A stretch of 64,000 bases of DNA from an uncultured Rikenellaceae bacterium (lineage in GTDB: Bacteria > Bacteroidota > Bacteroidia > Bacteroidales > VadinHA17): NCBI GenBank assembly GCA_964596715.1, contig CAZQVL010000001.1:179166-243165 (forward strand), given 5' to 3'. The number at the start of each line of letters is the position of its first letter. Within the stretch, counting starts at the first letter, position 1. This document shows positions 19,755-28,889 of this stretch, one piece after another. A program made the translations under genes and the position numbers. Below the pieces are notes generated by a model that was not told where the DNA came from, searched no databases, and saw only the letters and a program-made list of their open reading frames with translations.

Positions 19755-20538
19755 CAGACTAATCAATTATTTGCGTATTTCGGTTACTGACCGGTGTAAC
19801 CTGAGATGCAGGTATTGCATGCCTGAAGAGGGGATCAGACTTTTGCGGCATGAAGATATCTTATCATTTGATGAGATTACGGATATTACTGAAATTGCTG
19901 TGGCCAATGGAGTGACAAAGGTCAGAATAACAGGGGGCGAACCACTCGTCAGGAAAGGAATTGTTACACTTGTGAGGATGCTTTCAGCTATTGAGGGAAT
20001 AAAAGACCTTTCAATGACAACCAACGGAACCCTTCTCGGACAATTTGCTGATGACCTCAGGAATGCAGGACTTCAGAGAGTTAATATAAGCCTTGATACT
20101 GTTGATCCGGTGAAATATACGTATATTACAAGAACCGGAAATCTCAGAGATGTTATTGAGGGTATTGAAGCTGCGAAAAAAGCTGGTTTGTTTCCCGTTA
20201 AAATCAACTGCGTGATCAAGGAGTCAAAAGACGAGGAAGATGCCCGGGGAGTAACGGAATTTTGCCTGGACCAGGGCCTGGATATAAGATATATAAGACA
20301 GATGGATCTTGATAAAGGATATTTTACTACTGTCATGGGAGGTAGAGGAGGAGATTGTAGTGTTTGTAACAGGCTGAGACTCACTTCAAATGGATTGATT
20401 AAGCCCTGCCTTTTCAACAATATTGAGTTTGATGTACGGAAACTTGGTTACGAAACGGCTTTAAAACTGGCAGTAAAATATAAACCTGAGTGCGGATCAA
20501 ATAACCCGGCTGGAAGATTTTATAATATTGGAGGATAA
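19738..20538 (+). CDS. moaA: GTP 3',8-cyclase (radical SAM), unusually short
   Basis: 266 aa. CNLRCRYC radical-SAM cluster, second cluster CSVCNRLRLTSNGLIKPC, C-terminal Gly-Gly. Confidence 0.8.
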   Translation: MYDRFNRLINYLRISVTDRCNLRCRYCMPEEGIRLLRHEDILSFDEITDITEIAVANGVTKVRITGGEPLVRKGIVTLVRMLSAIEGIKDLSMTTNGTLLGQFADDLRNAGLQRVNISLDTVDPVKYTYITRTGNLRDVIEGIEAAKKAGLFPVKINCVIKESKDEEDARGVTEFCLDQGLDIRYIRQMDLDKGYFTTVMGGRGGDCSVCNRLRLTSNGLIKPCLFNNIEFDVRKLGYETALKLAVKYKPECGSNNPAGRFYNIGG

Positions 20539-20544
20539 GTTACC

Positions 20545-20991
20545 ATGAAAAAACTGACACATACCGATAAAAAAGGTAAAGCAGCAATGGTGGATATAGG
20601 AAATAAGGAAATCTGTCTGAGAATGGCCAAAGCCCGCGGGCATATAACTCTTGCAGAAAATACATTGTGCCTGATTAAAGATAATCTTTTAAAAAAAGGT
20701 GATGTACTTACCGTTGCCCAGCTTGCCGGGATTAATGCAGCAAAACAGACTTCTGATCTTATACCATTATGCCATAATATTGTGCTTGATAGTATTAAAG
20801 TTGAGGTACTGACAGATGATTCAGGAATTACAGCAGTAAGTGAAGTAAGATGTACAGGACGTACCGGGGCTGAGATGGAAGCTTTGAGTGCTGTGAGTAT
20901 TGCATTACTGACAGTTTATGATATGTGCAAAGCGGTCGATAAACATATGGTTATAGATAATATTTCACTGTTGGAAAAAACTAAAAAATGA
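20545..20991 (+). CDS. moaC: cyclic pyranopterin monophosphate synthase
   Basis: 148 aa. MVDIGNK, LIPLCHN and EMEALSAVSIALLTVYDMCKA blocks. Confidence 0.9.
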   Translation: MKKLTHTDKKGKAAMVDIGNKEICLRMAKARGHITLAENTLCLIKDNLLKKGDVLTVAQLAGINAAKQTSDLIPLCHNIVLDSIKVEVLTDDSGITAVSEVRCTGRTGAEMEALSAVSIALLTVYDMCKAVDKHMVIDNISLLEKTKK

Positions 20992-21500
20992 AACTTCCTG
21001 AAAAATTTGAGATCCTTATTGTGACTCTAAGCGACAGGGCACATCGCGGAGACTATAAGGATCTTAGCGGTCCGAAGATCAGGGAGAAAATATCTGAATA
21101 CTTCGATTCCATCAAATGGAGATACAATATAAGAATGAGCCTGATACCGGATGATGAGTTAATACTGAAAGATCTTCTTAAAAATGCCGGGGATACCTTC
21201 AATATTATTTTTACAACCGGGGGGACAGGAATCGGACCAAGGGATATCACAGTTGAAACAGTATCACCTCTGCTCAAAAAGGAGATTCCCGGCATAATGG
21301 AATTTATCAGGATCAAATATGGTAAAGAAAAACCAAATGCTCTCATAAGCAGGGGCGTGGCAGGTATTCTGGGAAATTCACTTATTTATACTCTTCCCGG
21401 TTCGGTAAAAGCAGTCGAAGAATACATGACAGAAATTCTCAAAACATTGGAGCACACTGTTCTGATGCAATATGGAATAGACAGCCATATAAAGCACTAA
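20988..21500 (+). CDS. MogA/MoaB-family molybdopterin adenylyltransferase
   Basis: 170 aa. IIFTTGGTGIGPRDIT block. 4-nt overlap with moaC. Confidence 0.8.
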   Translation: MKLPEKFEILIVTLSDRAHRGDYKDLSGPKIREKISEYFDSIKWRYNIRMSLIPDDELILKDLLKNAGDTFNIIFTTGGTGIGPRDITVETVSPLLKKEIPGIMEFIRIKYGKEKPNALISRGVAGILGNSLIYTLPGSVKAVEEYMTEILKTLEHTVLMQYGIDSHIKH

Positions 21501-22786
21501 CCGGTTATGCGGTTAAGAGTGTTGATCACTGATGAACCAATAACCCTGTCGTAGCGGTCACGCGGATTTCTGTAATAAATAATAACAACGTAATCATTCT
21601 CAGTTTCATAATGACTCCCTTCAAAAATTGTTGCAGAACCGGTTGAAGTTCCGTCTTTCAGGAAGGTGTATTCATAATTATACCATCCCTGTTTAAACAG
21701 GATAGTGCATTCATATTCTCCCCTCTCGTTGTTATAGATCATAAGATTGCTTTTATCCAGATTCCAGTTGTTAAAGGCTCCGGAAACATACATATTTCCA
21801 CCTGATATCATATATTTTGAAGGGAGGGTGAAATACACTTTTACATAATCTGCATCTATATCCGGATCTTGTCCTTCCTGTACACCAATGTAATATTTAC
21901 CGTTAAAATCCTGCCAGTAAAAATATGGTTTGAATTCCCTGTTCTCAGAGGGGTGGAGGAAAATATGATAATTCGGGAAAATATAATCGATACTTTTTAC
22001 AAACTCTGACTGATGCCTGATACTTCTGATATCAAAATAACGGAATTCATTTCCTCCTTTAAATATATTTTTGTCGGATAAAGAGGTGTATTTAAGCTCA
22101 TTATTCCCGAAGAAATCGGGTTCTAAATTTTCTTTGGCAATATTCCAGCGGCCATTCTGGAGAATAAAAGCATAGATATTCCTGTAGGGATCATTAATAC
22201 TGAATCCGGAGTAATCAATGTTTATATCGACCTGTTGACTGGTATTAATATCAGATGTCATCTGGGGTCTGTGTATGTTGACATCTATTCTGACAGCATC
22301 TTCGGATACAATGAACCTCCGGGTAATAACAGGATTATCCGGCTCACCGTAAGGATAGATCATCACTATATAATTTCCCGAGCGGGTGAACCGCACCCTG
22401 TCGTTGGGAAAAGTAAGTTTATAATGGATATAATTTACAGTGGTATTAAATGACGGCTTATAATCTTCAAGCTCATTCTCGGGGAATCCTTCAAGATATT
22501 CGTTGGTAAAAATATCGGACTCTTTCCAGTCTTTATCGCAATGGATAAAGGTATAATAGTATGTTTCTTTCTGTTCCCCCAGAAGATCAAAATGAAGATT
22601 CAGCTTTTCTGTACTGTTAAACTTCAGCAAAGGATATGAAAGGTTCCACCCTTCTTTGTAGAACCTGACGGTTTTAATATTTTCGTCATAAGTATGATCA
22701 GTAAAGATAAGCTGGTCGATGCTACCTGAAGTCAGAGGGACTATCCGGATGAAAATATTAGAAAATAATAATAATAAACCCGTCAT
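21497..22786 (-). CDS. DUF5103-like protein (T9SS plug-protein family, from memory)
   Basis: 429 aa. IKTVRFYKEGW...LNLHFDLLGEQKETYYYTFIHCDKDW resembles the family I recall as the SprA-associated plug. Not verifiable here. Confidence 0.45.
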   Translation of the reverse strand: MTGLLLLFSNIFIRIVPLTSGSIDQLIFTDHTYDENIKTVRFYKEGWNLSYPLLKFNSTEKLNLHFDLLGEQKETYYYTFIHCDKDWKESDIFTNEYLEGFPENELEDYKPSFNTTVNYIHYKLTFPNDRVRFTRSGNYIVMIYPYGEPDNPVITRRFIVSEDAVRIDVNIHRPQMTSDINTSQQVDINIDYSGFSINDPYRNIYAFILQNGRWNIAKENLEPDFFGNNELKYTSLSDKNIFKGGNEFRYFDIRSIRHQSEFVKSIDYIFPNYHIFLHPSENREFKPYFYWQDFNGKYYIGVQEGQDPDIDADYVKVYFTLPSKYMISGGNMYVSGAFNNWNLDKSNLMIYNNERGEYECTILFKQGWYNYEYTFLKDGTSTGSATIFEGSHYETENDYVVIIYYRNPRDRYDRVIGSSVINTLNRITG

Positions 22787-22876
22787 AAAATTGCAGTTTG
22801 ATAAATTGTTAACAAAAATAATGCAAAATCAGGTAATCAAATAAAGCACTTTATTAAAATTATCCACAGGTATTTT

Positions 22877-22884
22877 TACTTTTG
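22877..22884 (+). promoter_or_regulatory. candidate -7 box (TACTTTTG) for the nqr operon
   Basis: Matches TAnnTTTG, 66 nt upstream of the nqrA ATG. Confidence 0.35.
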
Positions 22885-22949
22885 TATTTCTCTGTTAATT
22901 ATTTAACAGAACGATTTACAGTCGAAAAAATTTCAGATACAATTTAAAA

Positions 22950-24302
22950 ATGTCCACGTTAATCAAGTTAAAGAAAGGTTTGGATATTAAAATAGCAGGT
23001 TCTCCGGAAAAGATCATTCATAGTGAAGTTCATCCTGCTTTTTATGGGGTTAAACCAGTTGATTTTCCGGGTCTTGTTCCTAAACTTTGTGTAAAACCAG
23101 GGAATAAGGTTATGGCCGGCACCCCGCTGTTTTTTAACAAACACCGGCCTGAAATCAAATTCACCTCTCCTGTGAGCGGGACAGTAATATCGGTTACCCG
23201 AGGTGAACGCCGCAGGTTACTGGAAGTTGTCATTGAGAAGGCCGGGGATGATTATGTTAGTTTTGGGAAATCTGATCCGGAGACTTTAATCCGTAACAAG
23301 ATTAAAGAACGTCTGCTTGAATCAGGTCTGTGGCCTGCTGTAAGACAACGTCCCTATCATATAGTTGCGAATCCGTCGGATATTCCGAAAGCTCTTTTTA
23401 TATCGGGTTTTGATACAGCCCCACTAGCACCGGACTATAATTTTATTGTTGATAACTCGTCAGCTTCATTGTTCAGAACAGGTATAACGACCTTGTCAAG
23501 TCTTACAGACGGAAAGACTCATCTGGTGCTTAATGCAGGGGGAGATACTCCGGAAATCCTGAAGAATGTTTCAGGTGTTGAGGTATCACATTTTTCAGGT
23601 CCTCACCCTGCCGGAAATGTTGGTATTCATATTCATCATCTCGATCCCGTAAACAAAGGTGAAATAGTATGGTATGTTAATATACAGGATGTTTTTTCCA
23701 TTGGACGCTTGTTTGAGGAGGGTATATATAAACCGGATAGGTTAGTGGCCCTGACCGGGTCAGAAGTGATACATCCTCAATACTATAAAATACGCTCAGG
23801 AGGTTCGGTCACTCCAATGGTCAGAGATAATGTAAAATCGGGTAACCTGAGATATATAAGCGGTAATGTTCTTACGGGATCAAGAATTGAACATGATGGT
23901 TACCTTGGATATTATGATTCCCAGATTACAGTTATTCCTGAAGGTGATTACTATGAGTTTTTTGGATGGGCTAAACCGGGGATTAATAAATACAGTTTTT
24001 CAAAAGCATTTGCCTCAAGTTTTTTCCCCGGAAAAAGTTACCGGCTGGATACAAATTTTCATGGAGGTGAACGAGCTTTTGTTATCACCGGGCAATACGA
24101 AAAAGTTGTACCAATGGATATTTACCCCATGCAGCTCCTGAAAGCTATATTATCCGCAGATATTGATATGATGGAAAACCTCGGAATTTATGAAGTTTCT
24201 GAAGAGGATTTTGCATTATGTGAATTTATCTGTCCTTCCAAAACAGAGATACAATCCATAGTAAGAAAAGGTTTGGATCTTATGATGAAGGAAATGAGTT
24301 AA
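22950..24302 (+). CDS. nqrA: Na+-translocating NADH:quinone reductase subunit A
   Basis: 450 aa. First of six collinear nqr genes. N-terminus MSTLIKLKKGLDIKIAG is typical of NqrA. Confidence 0.9.
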   Translation: MSTLIKLKKGLDIKIAGSPEKIIHSEVHPAFYGVKPVDFPGLVPKLCVKPGNKVMAGTPLFFNKHRPEIKFTSPVSGTVISVTRGERRRLLEVVIEKAGDDYVSFGKSDPETLIRNKIKERLLESGLWPAVRQRPYHIVANPSDIPKALFISGFDTAPLAPDYNFIVDNSSASLFRTGITTLSSLTDGKTHLVLNAGGDTPEILKNVSGVEVSHFSGPHPAGNVGIHIHHLDPVNKGEIVWYVNIQDVFSIGRLFEEGIYKPDRLVALTGSEVIHPQYYKIRSGGSVTPMVRDNVKSGNLRYISGNVLTGSRIEHDGYLGYYDSQITVIPEGDYYEFFGWAKPGINKYSFSKAFASSFFPGKSYRLDTNFHGGERAFVITGQYEKVVPMDIYPMQLLKAILSADIDMMENLGIYEVSEEDFALCEFICPSKTEIQSIVRKGLDLMMKEMS

Positions 24303-24322
24303 AACCTGTGATTTAAATTATA

Positions 24323-25489
24323 ATGGATTCCTTAAGAAAAAAGATAGACAAGCTAAAACCTCATTTTGTAAAGGGTGGGCGGTTTGAAAAGTTACAATCG
24401 GTATTTGAAGGGTTCGAATCATTCATGTTTGTCCCCAAAAAGGTGACATTTAAAGGATCACATGTCAGGGACAGTCTCGATCTTAAACGCACAATGATAG
24501 TTGTAATAATTGCACTGATTCCTGCTTTGCTTTTTGGTGCTTACAACACAGGATTGCAGCATTTCAGATCGTTAGGACTGGAAACAGGTGTGATGCAGAA
24601 TTTCTGGTTTGGATTCCTCAGAATACTTCCGTTGATTGTTGTAAGTTATGTAGTCGGATTGGGTATTGAGTTTATTGCGGCCCAGATCCGCGGACATGAG
24701 ATTAATGAAGGATTTCTTGTTACGGGGATGCTTATTCCGTTAATAGTGCCTGTTGATATTCCTTTATGGATGCTTGCTCTTGCAACAGCTTTTGCGGTAA
24801 TAATAGGAAAAGAGGTCTTTGGAGGAACAGGGATGAATGTACTTAATCCTGCTCTTACTGCAAGGGCTTTTCTTTTTTTCAGTTATCCAGGCTGGATGAC
24901 CGGTGACAAAGTATGGATAGAAGGGATGATCAGGGGGCAAAATATTATTGATGGCTTTTCGGGTGCTACGCCAATGGCTCTGTCTGCAGCTTACGAAACT
25001 GATAAACTGCCTTCTTTTATGGAGATGTTTATCGGAACAATTCCCGGATCGATAGGCGAGACATCAACAATTGCCATACTGATTGGTGCCATTATTCTTA
25101 TTGTAACAGGTATAGGGAGCTGGAAAATCATGTTAAGCGTTCTGGCAGGTGCTCTTGGAATGGGATTGTTCTTAAATGCTATAGCAGTAAATCCATATAT
25201 GGAACTGCCTGTATATTATCATTTTGTAATGGGCGGCTTTGCCTTTGGTACTGTGTTTATGGCAACCGATCCTGTAACTGCATCACAAACAGAGACAGGG
25301 AAGTGGATTTATGGTCTGCTGATAGGAATATTCTCTATCATATTCAGGGTACTTAATCCTGCATATCCGGAAGGTGTGATGCTTGCAATACTGCTGATGA
25401 ATGTCTTTGCACCACTCATCGACTATTTTGTTATTCAGTCAAACATTAAGAGAAGGCTCAGACGAGCCGGAGTTGCTATTAATAATTGA
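24323..25489 (+). CDS. nqrB: Na+-NQR subunit B
   Basis: 388 aa polytopic. FMN-attachment motif GFSGATP. Confidence 0.9.
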   Translation: MDSLRKKIDKLKPHFVKGGRFEKLQSVFEGFESFMFVPKKVTFKGSHVRDSLDLKRTMIVVIIALIPALLFGAYNTGLQHFRSLGLETGVMQNFWFGFLRILPLIVVSYVVGLGIEFIAAQIRGHEINEGFLVTGMLIPLIVPVDIPLWMLALATAFAVIIGKEVFGGTGMNVLNPALTARAFLFFSYPGWMTGDKVWIEGMIRGQNIIDGFSGATPMALSAAYETDKLPSFMEMFIGTIPGSIGETSTIAILIGAIILIVTGIGSWKIMLSVLAGALGMGLFLNAIAVNPYMELPVYYHFVMGGFAFGTVFMATDPVTASQTETGKWIYGLLIGIFSIIFRVLNPAYPEGVMLAILLMNVFAPLIDYFVIQSNIKRRLRRAGVAINN

Positions 25490-25496
25490 ATAGGTT

Positions 25497-26198
25497 ATGA
25501 AACAATTCAGTAACAGATATATTTTCATATTTTCATCAGTTATGGTGATAATTGTTGCTACACTTCTTTCACTTGCCGCTACTTTGCTTCAGCCTCTCCA
25601 GGAAAGAAACCTTGAGATTGAAAAGAAGAAAAGCATGCTTGAATCAATTAAAATACCCGTTGATAAGAAAAATGCTGAGGAATTATACAGCAAATATATT
25701 AAGGACAGTTTTGTACTCAATTCAAAAGGTGAAATCATACCGGATGTAGATGCATTTACAGTAAACCTGAAGAATGAACAGAAGAAAACTGCTGAGGACC
25801 AATATCTTCCGGTATTCAATGCTTCCCCTGACGACGGCGAAAAAGTCATCATTCTGCCAGTTGAGGGTAAAGGCCTCTGGGGGCCGATATATGGATATGT
25901 GTCGTTAAAGTCTGACTTTAATACGATATATGGAGTTACTTTCGATCATAAGAGCGAAACGCCGGGGCTGGGAGCGGAAATAAACACAACCTCATTTGAG
26001 AGTATGTTTAGCGATAAGCGGTTATTTGAAGGAGAGGAATTTGTATCGGTTGATGTAATCAAAGGAGGCACGGATCCTGATAATCCCCATGGTGTTGATG
26101 CAATCTCCGGTGGAACAATTACGAGCAAAGGGCTTGAAAAGATGCTGTCAGACTGTCTTGTTAAGTATAATGACTATTTATTAAAAAACAGGAAATAA
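25497..26198 (+). CDS. nqrC: Na+-NQR subunit C
   Basis: 233 aa. One N-terminal TM helix and a flavinylation-type motif DAISGGTITS. Confidence 0.85.
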   Translation: MKQFSNRYIFIFSSVMVIIVATLLSLAATLLQPLQERNLEIEKKKSMLESIKIPVDKKNAEELYSKYIKDSFVLNSKGEIIPDVDAFTVNLKNEQKKTAEDQYLPVFNASPDDGEKVIILPVEGKGLWGPIYGYVSLKSDFNTIYGVTFDHKSETPGLGAEINTTSFESMFSDKRLFEGEEFVSVDVIKGGTDPDNPHGVDAISGGTITSKGLEKMLSDCLVKYNDYLLKNRK

Positions 26199-26201
26199 CA
26201 A

Positions 26202-26855
26202 ATGAACAATCAGGAAAAAGAACCAATGTTCTCGGCTAATAATCTGAAGCTTTTTACCACTCCGTTAAGCAGGGGAAATCCCATTACAGTACTGGTGCTT
26301 GGCATATGTTCTGCCCTGGCAATAACGGTTAAGCTCAAGCCATCGCTCGTTATGGCATTGTCTGTAACTATTGTGATGGCAATATCCAATGTGGTAATTG
26401 CTATCATGAGGAAGTACATTCCGGAAAGGATCAGAATAATTGTCCAGCTTGTGGTTATTGCTACTCTTGTAATTCTTGTTGATCAGTTTCTGAAAGCCTT
26501 TGCATTTGATGTGAGCAAACAACTTTCGGTTTTTGTGGGACTCATTATTACTAACTGCATAATAATGGGTCGTCTTGAGGCTTTTGCCCTGGCGAACAAA
26601 CCCTGGCCATCCTTTATTGATGGACTTGGTAACGGAGCAGGTTATGGAATTATACTTATTATAGTTGGCTTTTTCAGGGAATTTCTGGGATCAGGTACAA
26701 TCATGGATTATCCGGTAATGGAAAAGCTGGGTATTTATTCAATTGGTTATGAGAATAATGGAATGATGATACTTCCTCCCATGGCACTGATAGTTGTTGG
26801 AATAATAATATGGTTTCAGAGAAGCCGGGATAAAAGTCTTGTCGAGAAAAGTTAA
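26202..26855 (+). CDS. nqrD: Na+-NQR subunit D
   Basis: 217 aa polytopic, NqrD/RnfE-like, in operon position. Confidence 0.85.
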   Translation: MNNQEKEPMFSANNLKLFTTPLSRGNPITVLVLGICSALAITVKLKPSLVMALSVTIVMAISNVVIAIMRKYIPERIRIIVQLVVIATLVILVDQFLKAFAFDVSKQLSVFVGLIITNCIIMGRLEAFALANKPWPSFIDGLGNGAGYGIILIIVGFFREFLGSGTIMDYPVMEKLGIYSIGYENNGMMILPPMALIVVGIIIWFQRSRDKSLVEKS

Positions 26856-26867
26856 TAACAACTGGTT

Positions 26868-27485
26868 ATGGAAAACTTACTTAATATATTCATCAAATCG
26901 ATCTTTGTCGATAACATGGTTTTTGCTTTTTTCCTTGGTATGTGTTCATACCTCGCTGTGTCAAAAACCGTGAAGACATCGATAGGTTTAGGAATTGCAG
27001 TAATATTGGTTATACTGATTACCGTTCCTGTTAATTATCTGATTGAAAATTATATTCTCAAGAAGGGGGCTCTTGTATGGCTTGGAGAGGGTTTTGCAGA
27101 AGTTGACCTGAGCTTCCTCACTTTTATCGTTTTTATTGCTGTGATTGCTGCCATGGTACAGCTTGTTGAAATGGTTATTGAAAAATTCAGCCCCGCTCTC
27201 TATAATTCTCTTGGTATTTTTCTCCCGCTCATTGCCGTTAACTGTGCTATTCTTGGTGCGTCGCTCTTTATGCAGGAACGTGAATATCAGTCCATTGCAG
27301 AGGCTACAGCTTTCGGCCTTGGATCAGGAATAGGATGGATGCTTGCAATAGTCGGAATCTCTGCAATAAGGGAGAAACTCCGTTACAGCAATGTCCCTGA
27401 TCCTCTCAAAGGCCTCGGTATAACATTCATTCTTACAGGGCTTATGGCAATTGCATTCATGGGATTTATGGGGATAAAACTATAA
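26868..27485 (+). CDS. nqrE: Na+-NQR subunit E
   Basis: 205 aa polytopic, NqrE/RnfA-like, in operon position. Confidence 0.85.
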   Translation: MENLLNIFIKSIFVDNMVFAFFLGMCSYLAVSKTVKTSIGLGIAVILVILITVPVNYLIENYILKKGALVWLGEGFAEVDLSFLTFIVFIAVIAAMVQLVEMVIEKFSPALYNSLGIFLPLIAVNCAILGASLFMQEREYQSIAEATAFGLGSGIGWMLAIVGISAIREKLRYSNVPDPLKGLGITFILTGLMAIAFMGFMGIKL

Positions 27486-27501
27486 TTGAAAAATCTGGAT
27501 C

Positions 27502-28755
27502 ATGACATTAGCCATTTCAACTGTTGGGACAATATTATACAGTATCATTGTATTCCTCGTTATTATTCTCCTTCTTGTTATTGTCCTTCTTATTGCAAAG
27601 GATAAACTTTTACCCAAAGGGGAGGTTACCCTGAAGATAAATGATCGCGACCTCAAAGTGTCTCCCGGATCTAATCTTTTATCCACACTTTCGGGTAATG
27701 ATATCTATCTTCCATCTGCCTGCGGCGGCGGGGGAACATGTGGTATGTGCAAATGTCAGATTATTGAAGGAGGGGGATCAATCCTTCCAACCGAGACCGG
27801 ATTTTTTACAAGGAAAGAACAACTTGATCACTGGCGTCTCAGTTGTCAGGTTAAGATCAGGGAAAGCATGACAATCAGAGTCCCGGAAGCTATTCTGGGA
27901 ATAAAAAAATGGGAATGCGAGGTGGTATCAAACAGGAATGTTGCAACATTTATAAAAGAATTTGTTGTTAGACTTCCTGATGGTGAGGAACTTGATTTTG
28001 AATCCGGGGGATATATTCAAATTGACGTTCCAAAATATGAGACAACTTTCAGGGATTTTCCTATCGACGAAGAGTTCAGAAGCGACTGGGATAATTACAA
28101 AATGTGGGATCTTAAAGTTAAAAACAGTTCTGAGACTTTCAGAGCTTATTCAATGGCCAACTATCCTGCTGAGAAGAACCTCATAAAGTTAAATATCAGA
28201 ATTGCCACACCTCCCTGGAATAATTATAAAAACCAGTTTATGAAAGTTCCGCCAGGAATTTGTTCATCTTATATTTTTTCAAGAAAACCAGGAGATAAGG
28301 TTATGATTTCAGGTCCGTATGGAGAATTCCATATAAAGGATACAGATAATGAAATGATTTATATTGGAGGGGGTGCAGGAATGGCTCCACTCAGATCTCA
28401 CATATTTTATCTGTTTCATACCTTGAAAACAAATCGTAAGGTATCTTATTGGTATGGGGCAAGATCTCTCCGGGAAGTATTTTACGAAAACGAATTCAGG
28501 GCTATAGAAAAGAAGTTCCCGAACTTCACTTTTAACCTTGCCATGTCAGAACCTCTTCCTGAAGATAACTGGAAAGGATATACCGGATTCATTCACCAGG
28601 TTCTTTATGATAACTATCTTGGAAAGCACGAGGAACCTGAAGATATTGAATACTATTTCTGCGGACCCCCTGCCATGAATGAAGCTGTATTAAAGATGCT
28701 TTATAACCTTGGAATACCCGAGGAAAACATCTCTTTCGATGATTTCGGAATATAG
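27502..28755 (+). CDS. nqrF: Na+-NQR subunit F
   Basis: 417 aa. N-terminal TM helix, 2Fe-2S motif CGGGGTCGMCKC, FAD/NADH blocks RAYSMAN and GGGAGMAP. Confidence 0.9.
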   Translation: MTLAISTVGTILYSIIVFLVIILLLVIVLLIAKDKLLPKGEVTLKINDRDLKVSPGSNLLSTLSGNDIYLPSACGGGGTCGMCKCQIIEGGGSILPTETGFFTRKEQLDHWRLSCQVKIRESMTIRVPEAILGIKKWECEVVSNRNVATFIKEFVVRLPDGEELDFESGGYIQIDVPKYETTFRDFPIDEEFRSDWDNYKMWDLKVKNSSETFRAYSMANYPAEKNLIKLNIRIATPPWNNYKNQFMKVPPGICSSYIFSRKPGDKVMISGPYGEFHIKDTDNEMIYIGGGAGMAPLRSHIFYLFHTLKTNRKVSYWYGARSLREVFYENEFRAIEKKFPNFTFNLAMSEPLPEDNWKGYTGFIHQVLYDNYLGKHEEPEDIEYYFCGPPAMNEAVLKMLYNLGIPEENISFDDFGI

Positions 28756-28765
28756 TATAATATAT

Positions 28766-28862
28766 CTTTGTGTAACTCTGTGACTTCTCTGTGTAGCTCT
28801 GTGAAAGTTTTTATTCTTTTGTATCACAGAGAAACACAAAGAACCACAGAGGTCCATAGAGG
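28766..28862. repeat. CACAGAG-type long imperfect palindrome, copy 1
   Basis: Left arm CTCTGTGACTTCTCTGTGTAGCTCTGTGA and right arm TCACAGAGAAACACAAAGAACCACAGAG around an AT-rich loop. Begins about 10 nt after the nqrF stop. Confidence 0.7.
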
Positions 28863-28889
28863 TAAAAATTATTAAACCAGTTTAATACT

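Noticed and set aside
21497-21500. 4-nt convergent overlap of mogA/moaB and the DUF5103-like gene as a regulatory feature
   Set aside because: Short convergent stop-codon overlaps are common in compact genomes, and nothing else is unusual there.
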